A program made the position numbers and the translations under genes. This document shows, piece by piece, positions 1 to 11,747 of a DNA stretch of 64,000 nucleotides (position 1 is its first letter; each line of letters begins with the position of its first letter). This DNA is from Podarcis gaigeae (Eukaryota). Below the pieces are notes generated by a model. That model did no database searches and was not told the origin of the DNA. It was given only the letters and a program-made list of their open reading frames with translations. The stretch lies in NCBI GenBank assembly GCA_964106915.2, contig OZ066914.1, one strand, 5' to 3'.

Positions 1-13
1 ACCCTCTTGACCT
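1..13 (-). other. Possible 3' splice site and first 11 nt of an exon running off the left edge
   Basis: Minus strand reads cttac-(TC)n-(TG)n-cttctgcttcag|GTCAAGAGGGT: branch-like CTTAC, pyrimidine tract and CAG|G. Only 11 exonic nt would be visible, so no gene can be identified. Confidence 0.3.
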
Positions 14-21
14 GAAGCAGA

Positions 22-23
<2 letters not shown>

Positions 24-85
<62 letters not shown>
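24..85. repeat. Compound microsatellite (CA)n(GA)n
   Basis: Directly visible; a second (GA)n lies at 268-297. Confidence 0.97.
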
Positions 86-88
<3 letters not shown>

Positions 89-262
89 TAAGATTTAAAA
101 TGAACCGAGGTTAAATAAAATGACAGTTGAGGCAGGGCCTATACGCCGAACCACGAACCGATGTTTGCAGTAAATTATTAAAAATAACCGCCTTATGCAA
201 AGCTTGGCGTCCTTTAACCCTCTTCCACTTTGCAAAGAGGAGTTGGCAAGATGACAGCCTCG

Positions 263-302
<40 letters not shown>

Positions 303-2930
303 TAATATTGGCTTCTGCAAAGAAAGAGCAAAGGGAAGAAGGGAGGTAAATGGGCTCACTGTTGCGAGGGGATGGAGAGCGATTAGTGATGTACTTACTG
401 CTAACCTTCCACTCCTTCCGTCTTCCAAACAAATAAATTATTGAAACCCACGACATCTTTCTCTCTCCCCACCCCTCCCTCGTTTTCAGGGTTTTCACTC
501 ACATTCTTTCTCTATCCACATCAAAGTGGGGATCGGTGTCAGAGAAGCGGCCCACATTTCGAGCGGAGTCTCCTGGAGACTCCTGATTAATTGGTTTTTT
601 TGCATCTTGGAAGTGCATCCAAAGATGTTGTAAAAGGAATGTTTGTTTTCTAGCGTTGCCAAAACTTGTTTAGAAGTGCTCTGGAGGATGGCGGGGACCT
701 GCTCCTTGCGTTGGCTGGGAAAGAGAAGGGTAAATCAGCTCAGGTGTTATGTGCCAGATTGTATTTTTCGCCCTGCCTTTTCTCCACTCCCCACCTCCCA
801 ACTTATGAAGTTTTAGTATTATTATTTCCCTGCAGATTAGGAACAGGCGATAGGAAATCCACCTTGATATGGATGCATGGCCCAAGGTGTGTGTGTGTGT
901 GTGGCGGGCAGGCGTTACACCAATTCATCAGTCTTTTTTTAAAAAAAGGTAAGTTAAGACGGGCAACTGCAGAAATAACACACCCTGGCTTGTTTGGGGG
1001 GGGGCTTCTTGCTTTATTGTTTAAGGAGAGAGAAGGCCTACAGAAGCTGTAAATCCTGGCTAAAACTGATCCTTTCGAAAGCTGTCAGGACCTATTTTGC
1101 TTTATTATATTTGCAGAAATGTGGTAATATGACGGAAAGTGGAGGAAGGGGGGGAGAAGGATGGGAGAAGGGCTTATTTCGTTATGGCAAACAGCGCCTG
1201 CAAAAGCATGCCTCATACTGCTATTTGCCTCTCTGTCTCGGTCTATATCAACTCCACATGCTGCTCTGGTGGCCTGCTTTGTACTTAATATAACTTGTCA
1301 AAACACATCTATCAGATATATGAAAAGAGAATCCTGGGTGGCCAGGCTAGCCCATGCCTGGCGTGGATTTGGATTGCTTCTCCTTCTCCTTCTCCGTTGT
1401 CGTCTTCTTCTTTTTTTAAAAAAAAGAAAAGAAACCAAGACCACAGAATTCTCTCCTCTGCTAGAGTCAAGGCGAAATGCAAGATTTGCTGTTGTGCAAC
1501 CAGGTTTTTAAATAATTAGACACATGCACACTGTTTTGTTAGCAAGCCATTACTGTTTATTTAAATCCTGCACACTGCACTTTTATGTGGCGTCACAGTT
1601 ATTTTTAAAAGCTGTCAGTTTTTTTAAAAAATGGCGTTACTGATTCTTCTCTCTCTCTAGAAAAAACTCACTTGATTTTTAAAGAACCTCAGTGTTTTTT
1701 GCTTGCCTTACTTTTCACAGTGCCGTAACTTCTCTCCCTCCCTCTCCCTTAGAAAGCTGGTCATTTAGGACCAGTGAAGTACTGTGGTCAACTGGGTGCA
1801 CATCAATGCTGGCACACTGGGTCGTGTAGCATGAGTTGCATACCTAAAGTCATGGCATCGATACTTGGCATATCTCCTGAAGCGGTGGTTTTTCAGATTG
1901 TTTCACAGGGAATCCTGGGATTTCTCTGGGGCTTATCAGGGGTTCTCCAGTTACAAGATTGGTTACCATGGATGAACCTCCTTGAAAAAAAGCTTATGCC
2001 CAACTACCGATCTTTGCCTACCATGCACAGCTGCAGGGAAGTGTTGAGAATGCTTAGGGCATGCACTTTGTTAAATCAGTGCTGTTCTGAGGCCTGACGG
2101 GTTGAGGCCCTCTGAGAATAGTGTTAAAAACCTCTAGAACAATCCCCAGAATTCGCTGCAGAACTTAAAAGAGTTTCACAGCAGGTGGGTTGATGTGGAA
2201 AGGGCTCCCCAAAGCTAGCTATTTTGAAAAGGCGAAGAAGGGAAGTCAGAAAATTGCAGTCTCCACACGTCACCAAGCGTATAGATAAAGGTGATCAAGT
2301 TGACCTACGAAAAGCTTTTGATGAAGTACCTCATGGAAGAATAAGCTTGGCATAGAACAGAGAGGGCAGGTTCTCTTATGGATCAGTTACTGGTTAAGAA
2401 ACAGCAAGCAGGGACTAGGAATAAATGGACAATTGTCCCAGTGGAATGTTCTAGAAAGTGTCCTCCATCAAGGGTCACTACTGGGACTTGTGCTTTTAAA
2501 CTTATTCATAAATCATCTAGAGTTTAGGTATGCGCAGTAAAGTAGGGTTGCTGAGGGTACTGAATTATTTTTGGTTGTTTTAAAAGGAGGAGGAAAGGAT
2601 TGTGTGAGGAGCTCCAAAACGATCTCTCTGAAGTGGGTGAATGAGCAGTACATTGGCAAATGCAATTGAATGTAAGCTAGTGTACACTTTGGGGCAAATG
2701 AGCCTGGATTTCACATATATGTTAATAGGATCTGACCTGAGGAGGACTGACTAGGAATGAGACCTTGGGGTCATATTGGATAGCTTGATAAAGATGTTGA
2801 CCCAGAATGTGGGTGGAAAAGGGTGAATTCCATGTTATGGTTTATTAGGAAAGAGACTAAAAATAAAACTGACAATATCATAATGCCATTATGAAAATCT
2901 TTGGCGCAAACACTTTTGTAACACAGTGTA

Positions 2931-3172
2931 CAGTGGTACCTTGGGTTAAGTACTTAATTCATTCCAGAGGTCCGTTCTTAACCTGAAAGTGTTCTTAACC
3001 TGAAGCACCATTTTAGCTAATGGGGCCTCCCGCTGCTGCTGCACCGCCAGAGCACGATTTCTGTTCTCATCCTGAAGCAAAGTTCTTAACCTGAGGTACT
3101 ATTTCTGGGTTAGCGGAGTCTGTAACCTGAAGCGTATGTAATCTGAAGCGTATGTAACCCGAGGTACCACTT
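2931..3172. mobile_element. Tc1/mariner (Tigger/pogo-like) MITE, ~242 bp
   Basis: TIRs CAGTGGTACCT(T/C)GGGTTA ... TAACCCGAGGTACCACT, preceded by TA at 2929-2930; highly similar copy at 35240-35481. Confidence 0.9.
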
Positions 3173-3310
3173 GTTCAGGTTGCCTCACCTCAAAAAAGAT
3201 ATTGTAGAAACAGAAAAGGTTGAGAAAAGGGCAACCAAAAATGATTAAAAAATGATGGAGCTACTCCTCCATGAGGAAAGGTTATAACATTTGGGGCTGT
3301 TAGCTTAGAG

Positions 3311-3447
3311 CAGGGGTTCCCAAACTTTGGCCTCTAGCTGTTTTTGGACCACAGTTCTCATCATCCCTGACCACTGGTCCTGCTAGCTAGGGATGATGGG
3401 AGTTGTGGTGCAACAACAACTTGGAGGCCCAAGTTTGGGAAACCCTG
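3311..3447. mobile_element. hAT-type palindromic MITE (~137 bp)
   Basis: TIRs CAGGGGTTCCCAAACTT / AAGTTTGGGAAACCCTG; imperfect 8-bp TSD GCTTAGAG / GTATAGAG; interrupts the CR1. Confidence 0.85.
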
Positions 3448-3756
3448 GTATAGAGAAAAGGAAAGTAAGATGAGGCATGACAGAGGTGCATACAATGATG
3501 TGTGGTGTGGAGAAAGTGGATAGAAAAAGGCTTTTCTCCTCTGTCATGATATTCACCTGCACATTAAAAGATGTTTCCAGCCAAGGTTCTTTATCTTTTA
3601 ATTACATTTGGCCCAAGTAGCCAGAGGACTCCCTTCAAATAGAGGACTGCTTTCTGTAAAACAGGACACATGGCCACCGTACCTAGAGAGGTAGAGTAAA
3701 AGCAAATCCACTGAAAAGGAGACTATGTAAGCAAGCAGCAGGTTTTCAGTGTGTCC

Positions 3757-3790
<34 letters not shown>

Positions 3791-4139
3791 TAAAAAATAA
3801 AAAATAAAGAGCAAGGCACAGATTTATAGGAACTTAATAATTAACAAAAACAGGCTAAAAAGAAGGTGCATGCAGATCTTCTTATTGTTTGTCTGGCAGA
3901 TTTGCTGGAAGGAATAGTTACCAGAAGTTGCAAATTCTACAGTTCCAGGTTTTAGGTCACTAAGTAGCAGTACTGTTATGCAGGAATCCAAATTTTACAT
4001 CTTGAAGCCAAAAAAGGGGGAGGGGCGAGGACAGCACAAAATGCCAGCCTCCCAAGTGCAAGCACTGATTTCCCAGGATCCTCCTGTCTGGTCTCATCAC
4101 AGTCTTTTTTTAAAAAAAAAGCAGCAAAGGTTTGGGAGG

Positions 4140-4620
4140 GGAGGTGGGTGACCTCATAAATCCTCTGGTTTCCTGGGCCAATGGTGACCTCATTCCCATG
4201 CTCAAGTAGTTAGTAAAATTAATTTCCTCAGGAGCTAAAATTCAATTAATATGTTGATGTCAGGTAAATAGGATTCTCCCAGTTAATTTCCGACACAAGA
4301 TTCAAAGTCTTGACATAGCCAGACTTGGTTAACACTTCAGAGGAACAGATGAACCATCGAGATAAGTGGAGGGTCCAGTGCCAGAAGTTCGTTTACATTT
4401 GACAAGCATCTCTCAAAATCCCCCAAACATTAATAACCCAGACAAAAGGAAGGGTGGTAATTAATTTGAATCCACATTCCCCAAGGTCTTCCACTGAATA
4501 GAACAAGGTTGGGCAGTGGGGGGGGGGGTGACTGTTGTTTGCCTCAAAGAAAACGGGACAAACTTAATTTCTACTGTCATAGTCAGGCTTTGTTCATGGG
4601 CAGGAAAAAAATAAATCAGT
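4140..4620. promoter_or_regulatory. Candidate enhancer / conserved non-coding element
   Basis: Unique sequence with GGTGACCTCAT twice (4147, 4183), a CCAAT between them, TCATAAA, several TAATT cores and forkhead-like GTAAATA/GTTTAC motifs. Conservation not tested. Confidence 0.4.
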
Positions 4621-4789
4621 TGGCTTCAGGTTACTTTATTGTGAAAATGGTGTAGTATAACATTAGCAAGATGCCCACCAAGGAAACGGCGTTCCATACC
4701 CTCCAACACATTGAAGACAAAAACCAGGACACCATCTTCTGGGATGCCATCTTTCTGTTTTTCCTTGTGAGAGAATGGTAGCCATTTTG

Positions 4790-5114
4790 TTTTTTTTTAA
4801 AAAAAATATATTTATTAGGTTTTTACAAAAAATAAAAGTACATAACCACCACAGAAATAGAAAAAATGTAAAAAGAAATAAAGCATAATCAAAAGTAACA
4901 CATAGAACAGATCAAAACACAAAAATATAAAATACAGTAAAGCAAAATTCCACCCAACCAAGTACAAAAACATAAAAACTCCAACTTTTTCGATCATACT
5001 TAATTAACTTCCTTTCTTGACTTCCTCACGCCTCCCTTTTTTGTGTTCCTCTTTACCCCAATCAGATACAGCAAATCCTTAATCTCTTTCAGATCTCATT
5101 TCTAATTAAGTTCA
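4790..5114 (-). mobile_element. 5'-truncated L1-like LINE 3' end with TSD
   Basis: Exact 12-bp direct repeat GTAGCCATTTTG at 4778-4789 and 5115-5126; T-run and TTTATT (minus-strand AATAAA plus A tail) at the left end; strongly strand-biased 3'UTR-like body. Confidence 0.75.
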
Positions 5115-5219
5115 GTAGCCATTTTGGTTGCCATGATCTTGCCTGGTTTTGTGCTGTGATTTCCCCTCAAAAAAACAAGTGTTTGGGGGTGCTGTGCAAA
5201 ATTGCGGCCCTGAAAATGT

Positions 5220-5490
5220 GTACACATTTAAAGCACTGTGGTGCCACTTTAAACACTTGTTTAAAGCTTCCTCCTTGGAATTCTGGGAACTTTAGTTCCC
5301 TCACAGAGCTATAATTCTCAGAGTTCCCTGTGGCGGTTAAACCATTGTGAGAACTGTAGCTCTGGGAGGGGAACAGGGGTCTCCTAACAAGTCTCAGAAC
5401 CCTTAGCAAACTTCAGTTTCCAGAATTCTTGAGAGGGGGGAGCTGTGTCTGTTTAAGGTGGTACAATAGTGCTTTAAAATGTGTGGCATG
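5220..5490. mobile_element. Long palindromic MITE family (partial copies at ~26845-27030, ~52735-52905, ~63595-63752)
   Basis: Arms ACATTTAAAGCACT..TTTAAAC / GTTTAAG..GTGCTTTAAAATGT; internal GGGAACTGTAGT / ACTACAGTTCCCAG-like motifs recur in four places. Confidence 0.75.
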
Positions 5491-6152
5491 AGTGTGACTT
5501 TAGTGGATATTTTCTTTGTTTTCATTAGAACACTGAAGTCCACCAACTAAAGCAAAGTGCAAGATGGTGGGCAAGGAAGGAGCCTGTTACTTTGTCCCAC
5601 AAATCATATACATCTCAAGTTACTGCAAATCAAGGATTCTGACAGCCTATCTGTGCGGGTGGGAAGCACTTCTGCTGCTGCCATTGCTAAATAGTTGCGA
5701 GTCAGAAACGATTGCTGATCTACTGTTAATTTCGTTACTGCTTATTGGCTTTCTGCTTTTCATATTATATGGATTTATCGCTGTTTTGTTGTTTGGTTTT
5801 TAGACTCAGTATAGTTTATACAGTCTATATGTCTGTAAGTTGCCTTGGGAATGCTTTTGTGAGAAAGGCAACCAAGACAGTTAAGTACTAGTAATAATGA
5901 CTGGTAATAGTAACATGGTGAAGCGTCAAGGGATCTGCCAAAGTTCCCACACTCTCTTCTGCCTGCTCCTGAAGTAGAGATCTTTTCTGCTTAGTAGCTC
6001 TTCCGGTGGTTGCTCATGTCTGCCCACAGTTCCTTGACTGAACCATTCCTTCCAGGCCTCATGATACATGACAGCCTTTTACCCCTTCCCTTTGTATGAT
6101 GTACGGTTGCCAGATTATTGGTTAGCACTGGCTGCTGATGTCACTGATGAAT

Positions 6153-6634
6153 AAGGATGCACGGATCTGTCAGTTTGGGTTCTCCCGGTTTCTCATTTTT
6201 ACACCCTTAAATTTGGTTCTCCACATTTCTGCAGCAATTTGCAGGATCTTTAAAAAATAATAATAATACAAAACCCTCATGAAAATTCGCCAGACTTTTC
6301 ATGCAAATTTCTCCTAATAAACACGTCTCTCTCTTTTTACAATTTTGCCTAGCATTCACATTTTTGCAAATCAATCTCCCCTTATAATACATTTGTGTAT
6401 GCTATTTTTTTTTTACCAACATGTGCATTTTTATTCAAATTTTACCCTAGCATATGTATATTTGTACACATTACTTGGCTAGCAAAATTTGTACACGTGA
6501 CTGCATGGCAAAATTCAGAGAAGGGTGGATTTTGAATTGTGTCTGGGTTTCAGTTTGCATATTGTTTCAGAAAGTGTGGTTCTGGTAGGTTTGCCTTTAA
6601 ATATGAACTAAATGGAATTTCTGCCCCAGCCCTG
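6153..6634. mobile_element. Old AT-rich non-autonomous DNA-transposon-like repeat (related pieces at ~19575-19800, ~48985-49340, ~54476-54670, ~56307-56500, ~58345-58520)
   Basis: Shared segments such as TCTGTCAGTTT..TTTCTCATTTT..TTAAATT(T/C)(A/G)GTTC..CACAT and CGCCTTTAAA..TGAAC recur in both orientations. Confidence 0.65.
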
Positions 6635-7929
6635 CATGGATCCCTGTGGTAATGTTCCCTAATGTCCCTGGGTAGGAGGGGCATTAGGATGGTTGTGCTT
6701 TCACCATATTACTGGGTAAGAAGGAGGCTTTAACACTCCAGTGACATTGCCAGGTAAATTTGCAGTAAGAAAATGGTCTGTGAGGCAGGTTTAGGGACCA
6801 GCAGGGGCTAGGAGGGCTTGCAGGAGACGGATAAAGACATCTGAATGTCAGTAATATCATTATCATAAGACAGCAACAGGGTTTGAATGTGGAATCAGTG
6901 TAGAAAGAAAGAAGTTATTTTCTGATTGGAGTGCGGGGGAATAGCTCCATCTGCCAAGCTGAATTTTGCTTCAAGTCAAGAGTTTTCCCATTGCTACTTA
7001 AATGGGATACTATGCTGGGAAACTCTGATCATTTTAAAAATCATGTAAAACTCACAATGTCCAAGCGTCCACTGAGAGGTTCAGCTCAGAATGCATAACA
7101 CAAATAAATACAGCTTTTTCAAATATGATGATTTCACTCATACCAACTTGTATTTGATTTTTGTAATTAAAAAATGCAGGAAAAAATAATGGTGGTAAGA
7201 TATGTGTTGAGTAGCTGAATGCTCTTGAGGTTTGAAGGAAGAACAGGTAGCCATGAAAGCAACTACAGCTGTGGTCCATAAAACAGAAGTTTTCTTGAGG
7301 CTGCTTCCATAGTTTTAAAAGTGTGTCTGCAATCATGATGGCTAGAAATGATTCCACATTCTATGCTGGATAATAAATTCCGCATTTGTTGAAACACTAA
7401 AGACAACCCACCCTTTTCACTAGGTGTCCCATTTCAGAAAGTACTTGATCATAATAGATACTGATAATGCAACTGATATATAAAAAAGCATTATAATGTC
7501 AGTTAGTGCTGCAGCCTGTAGTGCTATGGGATAATCAACAGGAATGGTCTTTGTCTCTTAACCAAAAGCACTGAACAAGCACGGTTTATTGTAAACACAA
7601 TTATTCAGTAATTGGATAAGCCCAAAATATCTTGGATGCAGTCTTGATCCAAGAGCTGGCAGCTTATTGATTATATCATTATTTGGCAATGCTGCCTGCA
7701 GACGGCAAGAATCACGAGAACTATACTCAGAACAGACTGCTGGACCCACATTTATAGAACAGGCTCCAAATGCCTGATCCAGCTTCATTGTTGGAAAACT
7801 GGCCCATTGCCTGCTTAGGCTCTTGGACACGAAATGCTCTAAAGATCTAAACATGGAGCATCAATACTATTACAAGACTGATAATTATGAAGCATAGCTC
7901 TGTTGAAGAACACAATCACGGATTCTAAT

Positions 7930-8083
7930 GGAAGCTGCATTCTATCAAGTCAGACCATTGTTTGCTATGTATAATATACGCCGACTGGCAGCAGCACCTC
8001 CTGGATTTTGCATGGGGCCAGGGATTGAATCTGAGACTTTTTGAATGCAAAATATGTACACCACCACTGAGCTGCAGCCCTTC
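7930..8083 (-). mobile_element. tRNA-derived SINE (squamate type), internally deleted
   Basis: Minus strand has A-box GCTCAGTGG, B-box-like GATTCAATCCC, body GCTGCCAGTC and tail ATGGTCTGACT..GCAGCTTCC. Confidence 0.75.
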
Positions 8084-8130
8084 TTCAACGGATGGGCTCC
8101 TAGTTGTGGCAAAAATGGGCATTGCATGGG

Positions 8131-8330
8131 GAAGGGCTATGGCTCAGTGGCAAGAGTGCACATTTTGTGTGCAGAAGTTTCCAAGTTCGATCTCTGGGGT
8201 TTCCAGGTAGGGTTGGGGAAAATTCCTGTCTGTAGTCCTGGAGAAGCGCTACCAGTGGGAATGTGTGGTGTGCATGGAACTATTATAGCCTGTGAGGCTG
8301 TTAATGGGAAGCTTTTACTTGATTACCTTC
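8131..8330 (+). mobile_element. tRNA-derived SINE, same family, head-to-head with the previous copy
   Basis: A-box TGGCTCAGTGG, B-box GTTCGATC, body TCCAGGTAGGG..CCTGGAGA..CTACCAGT; similar to 46575-46765. Confidence 0.75.
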
Positions 8331-9357
8331 TGAGCAAGTGGAATCTACAGTGCAGCTAGGCAGATTTTAAGGCACACCAGCCCAAGATAGGCTGGTGATC
8401 CCTATTTGCAGGGATCCAAGTGTTGGAGGATTTGACTCTTTGTGTTCTCAAATGTCTGTTACCTTCTGGTGGTAGAAAATGCTATTTAGAGCACTCTCTC
8501 CCTCCTATTGAGGAATGAGAGCAAAATGGGGCTTTCTTCTTCAAGGGACAAACCAATATGTGGCTAGGACAGTTGCTTAGCTCGCAGCAAAGGCCCCCAG
8601 ACACAATTATATGCTTGTGGTTTCCATCTTTGTAAATTGTCATGGAGACTTGAAGTCATGAGAGTATGGCTGAATCCCAGCAAAATCTATTAATGCCACC
8701 TGTCAATTTTTATTTTTATTTGTTTTAGTAATGTTTGCTAAGCAAGAAGACTTAATTATCTTGTCTGTTGCATGACTACTCTTAATGTAATGGGGAGGTG
8801 TTGGAGAAGGCAAAGGGGTCTTGGCCTGAGGCTTCCAGGTGCCACCACTCAGTGGTCTTGTTCCTCAGCAAAGCTGGCAGAAAAAGCTCTATGGTCAAGG
8901 GCCTCCTCTGGGCTTCAAAAAAGCCTGAATACTGTCAGCTGGCCCTACAGGCCAATCCTGACCCACCAGTTCTTATAAAGGTCTGATATCCAAGTCCAAA
9001 ACTCCATGTGCATCTCTTCTCATTGCGGGAAACTGTTGAGCAGATTTCTCTTGCTTAGCCTAGCCCTGTCTCCCTAACTGCTTGCAACCTTATTGCAAGC
9101 CTAGCTTAAACCACATCATCCACTTCTGGTCCTTTGGTTGACTGAATCCAGACTTGCCTGCACCAGCAATGAACTTCTTGCTGGCCCTGTAGGCTGCGTC
9201 TCAGTTTGGCTAAGAAGGCAGCAGACATTCAAGTGGTTGTGACTGAGCTGGCCCCACAGAGTGAAAGAAGACAGACAGTATGAAATGCCCCTTTTGACAG
9301 TCACTTGAACTGCATTCTGTGAACAGATCAGACATGGGAAAGATCATGATGCCATAA

Positions 9358-9601
9358 AATGGATGAGGAACCCGCAGCCCTCCAGATGTTGCCAGACTGC
9401 AGCTCTCATCATCCATGACCACTGACTGGCCATAGTAGCTGAGGTTGATGCGCTGTTCCTGGATTATTGGTTGGCATTGGCTACTGAGGTTGTCCCTAGG
9501 TGAAGGGGGGGCTTGGGAAATAAAAATATGCCAGGTGAGAAGCAAAATACAATGGGAACTGTAATCTAAAATGTCTGGAGGGCACCAGGTTGGGAAGACT
9601 G
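9358..9601. mobile_element. hAT-type palindromic MITE with extra internal sequence
   Basis: Arms CCCTCCAGATGTT / AATGTCTGGAGGG match the family of 3311-3447. Confidence 0.65.
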
Positions 9602-10109
9602 CATTATACACTACTCGGCAGTTCATAAGGCATTGTGTATTAACTGTGTGCATTGCAAAATTCCATGCTGTGTCCTCAAGCAATGATTACTAGAAGATCA
9701 TTTCAGCATGTCTTGAATAAGGCCTCAGAAGATTTTAGCCTTCAAGATGACCATTTTTTTTTAACCTAATACTGTATCTTTGCAACTGGATTTTGGTCCT
9801 CTTGATTATTTTTAATAGAAACGTGGATTGTGAGAATTAATTCAGACCTGAAAGCAATGTAAGAAAATGCACTGTTACTTTGAATTTCCATAAGTTGAAT
9901 ATAGCCCGATTTTCTTCTGCCTGTAGCTTTTAGAGTAAAATGCCAATGCTGGGTAGCAACTCTTTTTCTTTTTTCTTTTTGCATGTTGTTTTGGACATTT
10001 TGCACAAAGCAACCAGGGGAAATAAGACTTAGCATGTTACAGCACTGTCCTTCTCCATCCCTCGGGGACTGTCCTTATTTTGTTGTGGACTTGTGTGACT
10101 GCCTCTTCA

Positions 10110-10470
10110 CTCAGTTGATTTAATTTAATTAACCTCTGTGAAGCAGAGACTTAAAAGTTTGCTGAACTAAATCTCACAAGATTCCTGGTTGACAAAATAT
10201 AAGGCACCGAGTCAAAAGCAAATGTCTGTGATGTGCCGTGATGGACCATTGTAAAAGACACGGCAGAGATCAAAACATCCTAGGCATTACAAAGAAACTA
10301 TAAAGATTTAGCTTAATGGTGAGATGTATTAGGAGAGCCCACAATAAAGAATTAAGGCTTGTTTTTAGGGCTGCCATGAGATTTTCTAATAATGGGATTC
10401 TGTAATTTTAAGAATGCAATTTGATCTGTGAAAATAATAATTTAGAAAATCTGCACTCACCTTTCAATGT
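10110..10470. promoter_or_regulatory. Candidate enhancer / conserved non-coding element
   Basis: Unique block with TGATTTAATTTAATTAA (PBX-HOX-like plus TAAT), CATTGT and ACAAT (SOX), AGATCAAA (TCF/LEF-like), TAATCC, and retained CpGs. Confidence 0.35.
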
Positions 10471-10980
10471 TTAATCCAAGCTATCTTGAATTCTCTCTCT
10501 CTCTCTCAAAAAAGAAATATTTACATGAGATCACATTTATGAAGTTATTTTAGCTCTGGCAGATGTTACAATTGTCAGCACTGTTCCCAACTTTAAACCT
10601 TTCTCTTTTAAGGCCTTTGATAACATAACCAAGAGAACAATGCTTCATGAGGTTGGAGTAGAAAAGAGTTCTTAGGAGAGGCATCCTCACCCTCACACCC
10701 CTTTGCTTCTGTTTTAATTGATCCAAGAAGTTCTGAATTCGCTTATAACGCAGTCAGCAGAATGGGAACTTACCATGGACTGTTGGGACAACTTCCTCTA
10801 CTTTCATTGGGTATGTTATTTCACTAGATGCCATTCTTTTTTTTTTTTTGGGGGGGGTGTTTTAAAGTTCTAACCACATTAACAGGACCATTTCCTTTTT
10901 ATACAAACACTTAGTATTTCTTAGGAATATGCCTTATGCAGAGCCAGACCAGGGGCAACTAATCTGGTACCTTCTGGAAG

Positions 10981-11300
10981 ATGATGATGATTTATTTATA
11001 TCCCGCCCATCTGGCTGGGTTTCCCCAGTCACTTTGGGCGGCTTCCAACAAAATATAAAAAACACGCGAAAACATTAAAAACTTCCCTAAACAGGGCTGC
11101 CTTCTGATGTCTTCTAAAAGTCAGATAGTTGTTTATTTCCTTGACATCTGATTGGAGGGCGTTCCACAGGGTGGGAGCCACTACTGAGAAGGCCCTCTGC
11201 CTGGTTCCCTGTAACTTTGCTTATCTCTGTGAGGGAACCGCCAGAAGCCCCTCAGAGCTGGACCTCGGTGTCCGGACTGAATGATGCGGGTGGAGACTCC
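10981..11300 (-). mobile_element. L2-clade LINE 3' end
   Basis: Minus strand encodes RAFSVVAPTLWNAL..DVKEINNYLTFRRH-like C-terminus, then a 3'UTR ending in GGGCGGGATATAAATAAA and a simple-repeat tail; homologous to 46230-46460. Confidence 0.85.
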
Positions 11301-11431
11301 AGCTCCCAGCATTCTGTACAATGCCCATGTTTGCTGAGGCAGACAGGAGCTGAAGTCCAACAGCTTCTGGAGGGCATCAAGTTCACTACCTCTTACTTGG
11401 AGCATATGTTCACCTTACTCATTATCGTCTG

Positions 11432-11562
11432 CAGCAGCCTTTCTCAACCTTGGGTCCCCAGACGTTGTTGGACTCCAACTCTCATCATCCCACTGCCACT
11501 GCTAACTAGGGATGGGAGTTGTAGTCCAACAATGTCTGGAGAGTCAAGGTTGAGAAAGGCTG
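11432..11562. mobile_element. hAT-type palindromic MITE
   Basis: TIRs CAGCCTTTCTCAACCTTG / CAAGGTTGAGAAAGGCTG around the GGACTCCAACTC..GAGTTGTAGTCC core. Confidence 0.85.
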
Positions 11563-11629
11563 GTCTATACCAACTGCTAGGGTTTTAGACAAGGGTATTT
11601 CTCTGTTCCATGGGTGTGCCCAATCCCTA

Positions 11630-11747
11630 ACTCAATACTGTCCACACTGACAGGCTTTCTGAGGTTTTAGGCAGGGTCTCTCTCAGTCCTGCCTGGAGAT
11701 GCGAGGGAGATCCTGGGACCTTCTGCCTCCACTGTGCTATGGTTCTT
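11630..11747 (-). mobile_element. tRNA-derived SINE fragment
   Basis: Reverse complement resembles 46575-46765 (GGTCCCAGG..GCATCTCCAGG.AGG.CTG.GA.AGAC.CTGCCT). Confidence 0.6.

Larger units (their letters stand above)
2268..3553 (+). mobile_element. CR1 LINE ORF2 (reverse transcriptase) fragment, decayed and interrupted by two MITEs
   Basis: Degenerate translation follows the CR1 RT order (KAFDEVPH, LLWISYWL, GINGQ, QGSLLG, LFNLFIN, DLGV, PHLKKDIVE, EKRATK, EKVDR) with many stops and frameshifts; collinear across both insertions. Confidence 0.9.

Noticed and set aside
8131-8210. tRNA-like A/B boxes here and in other SINE heads
   Set aside because: No complete cloverleaf, and they continue into SINE bodies.
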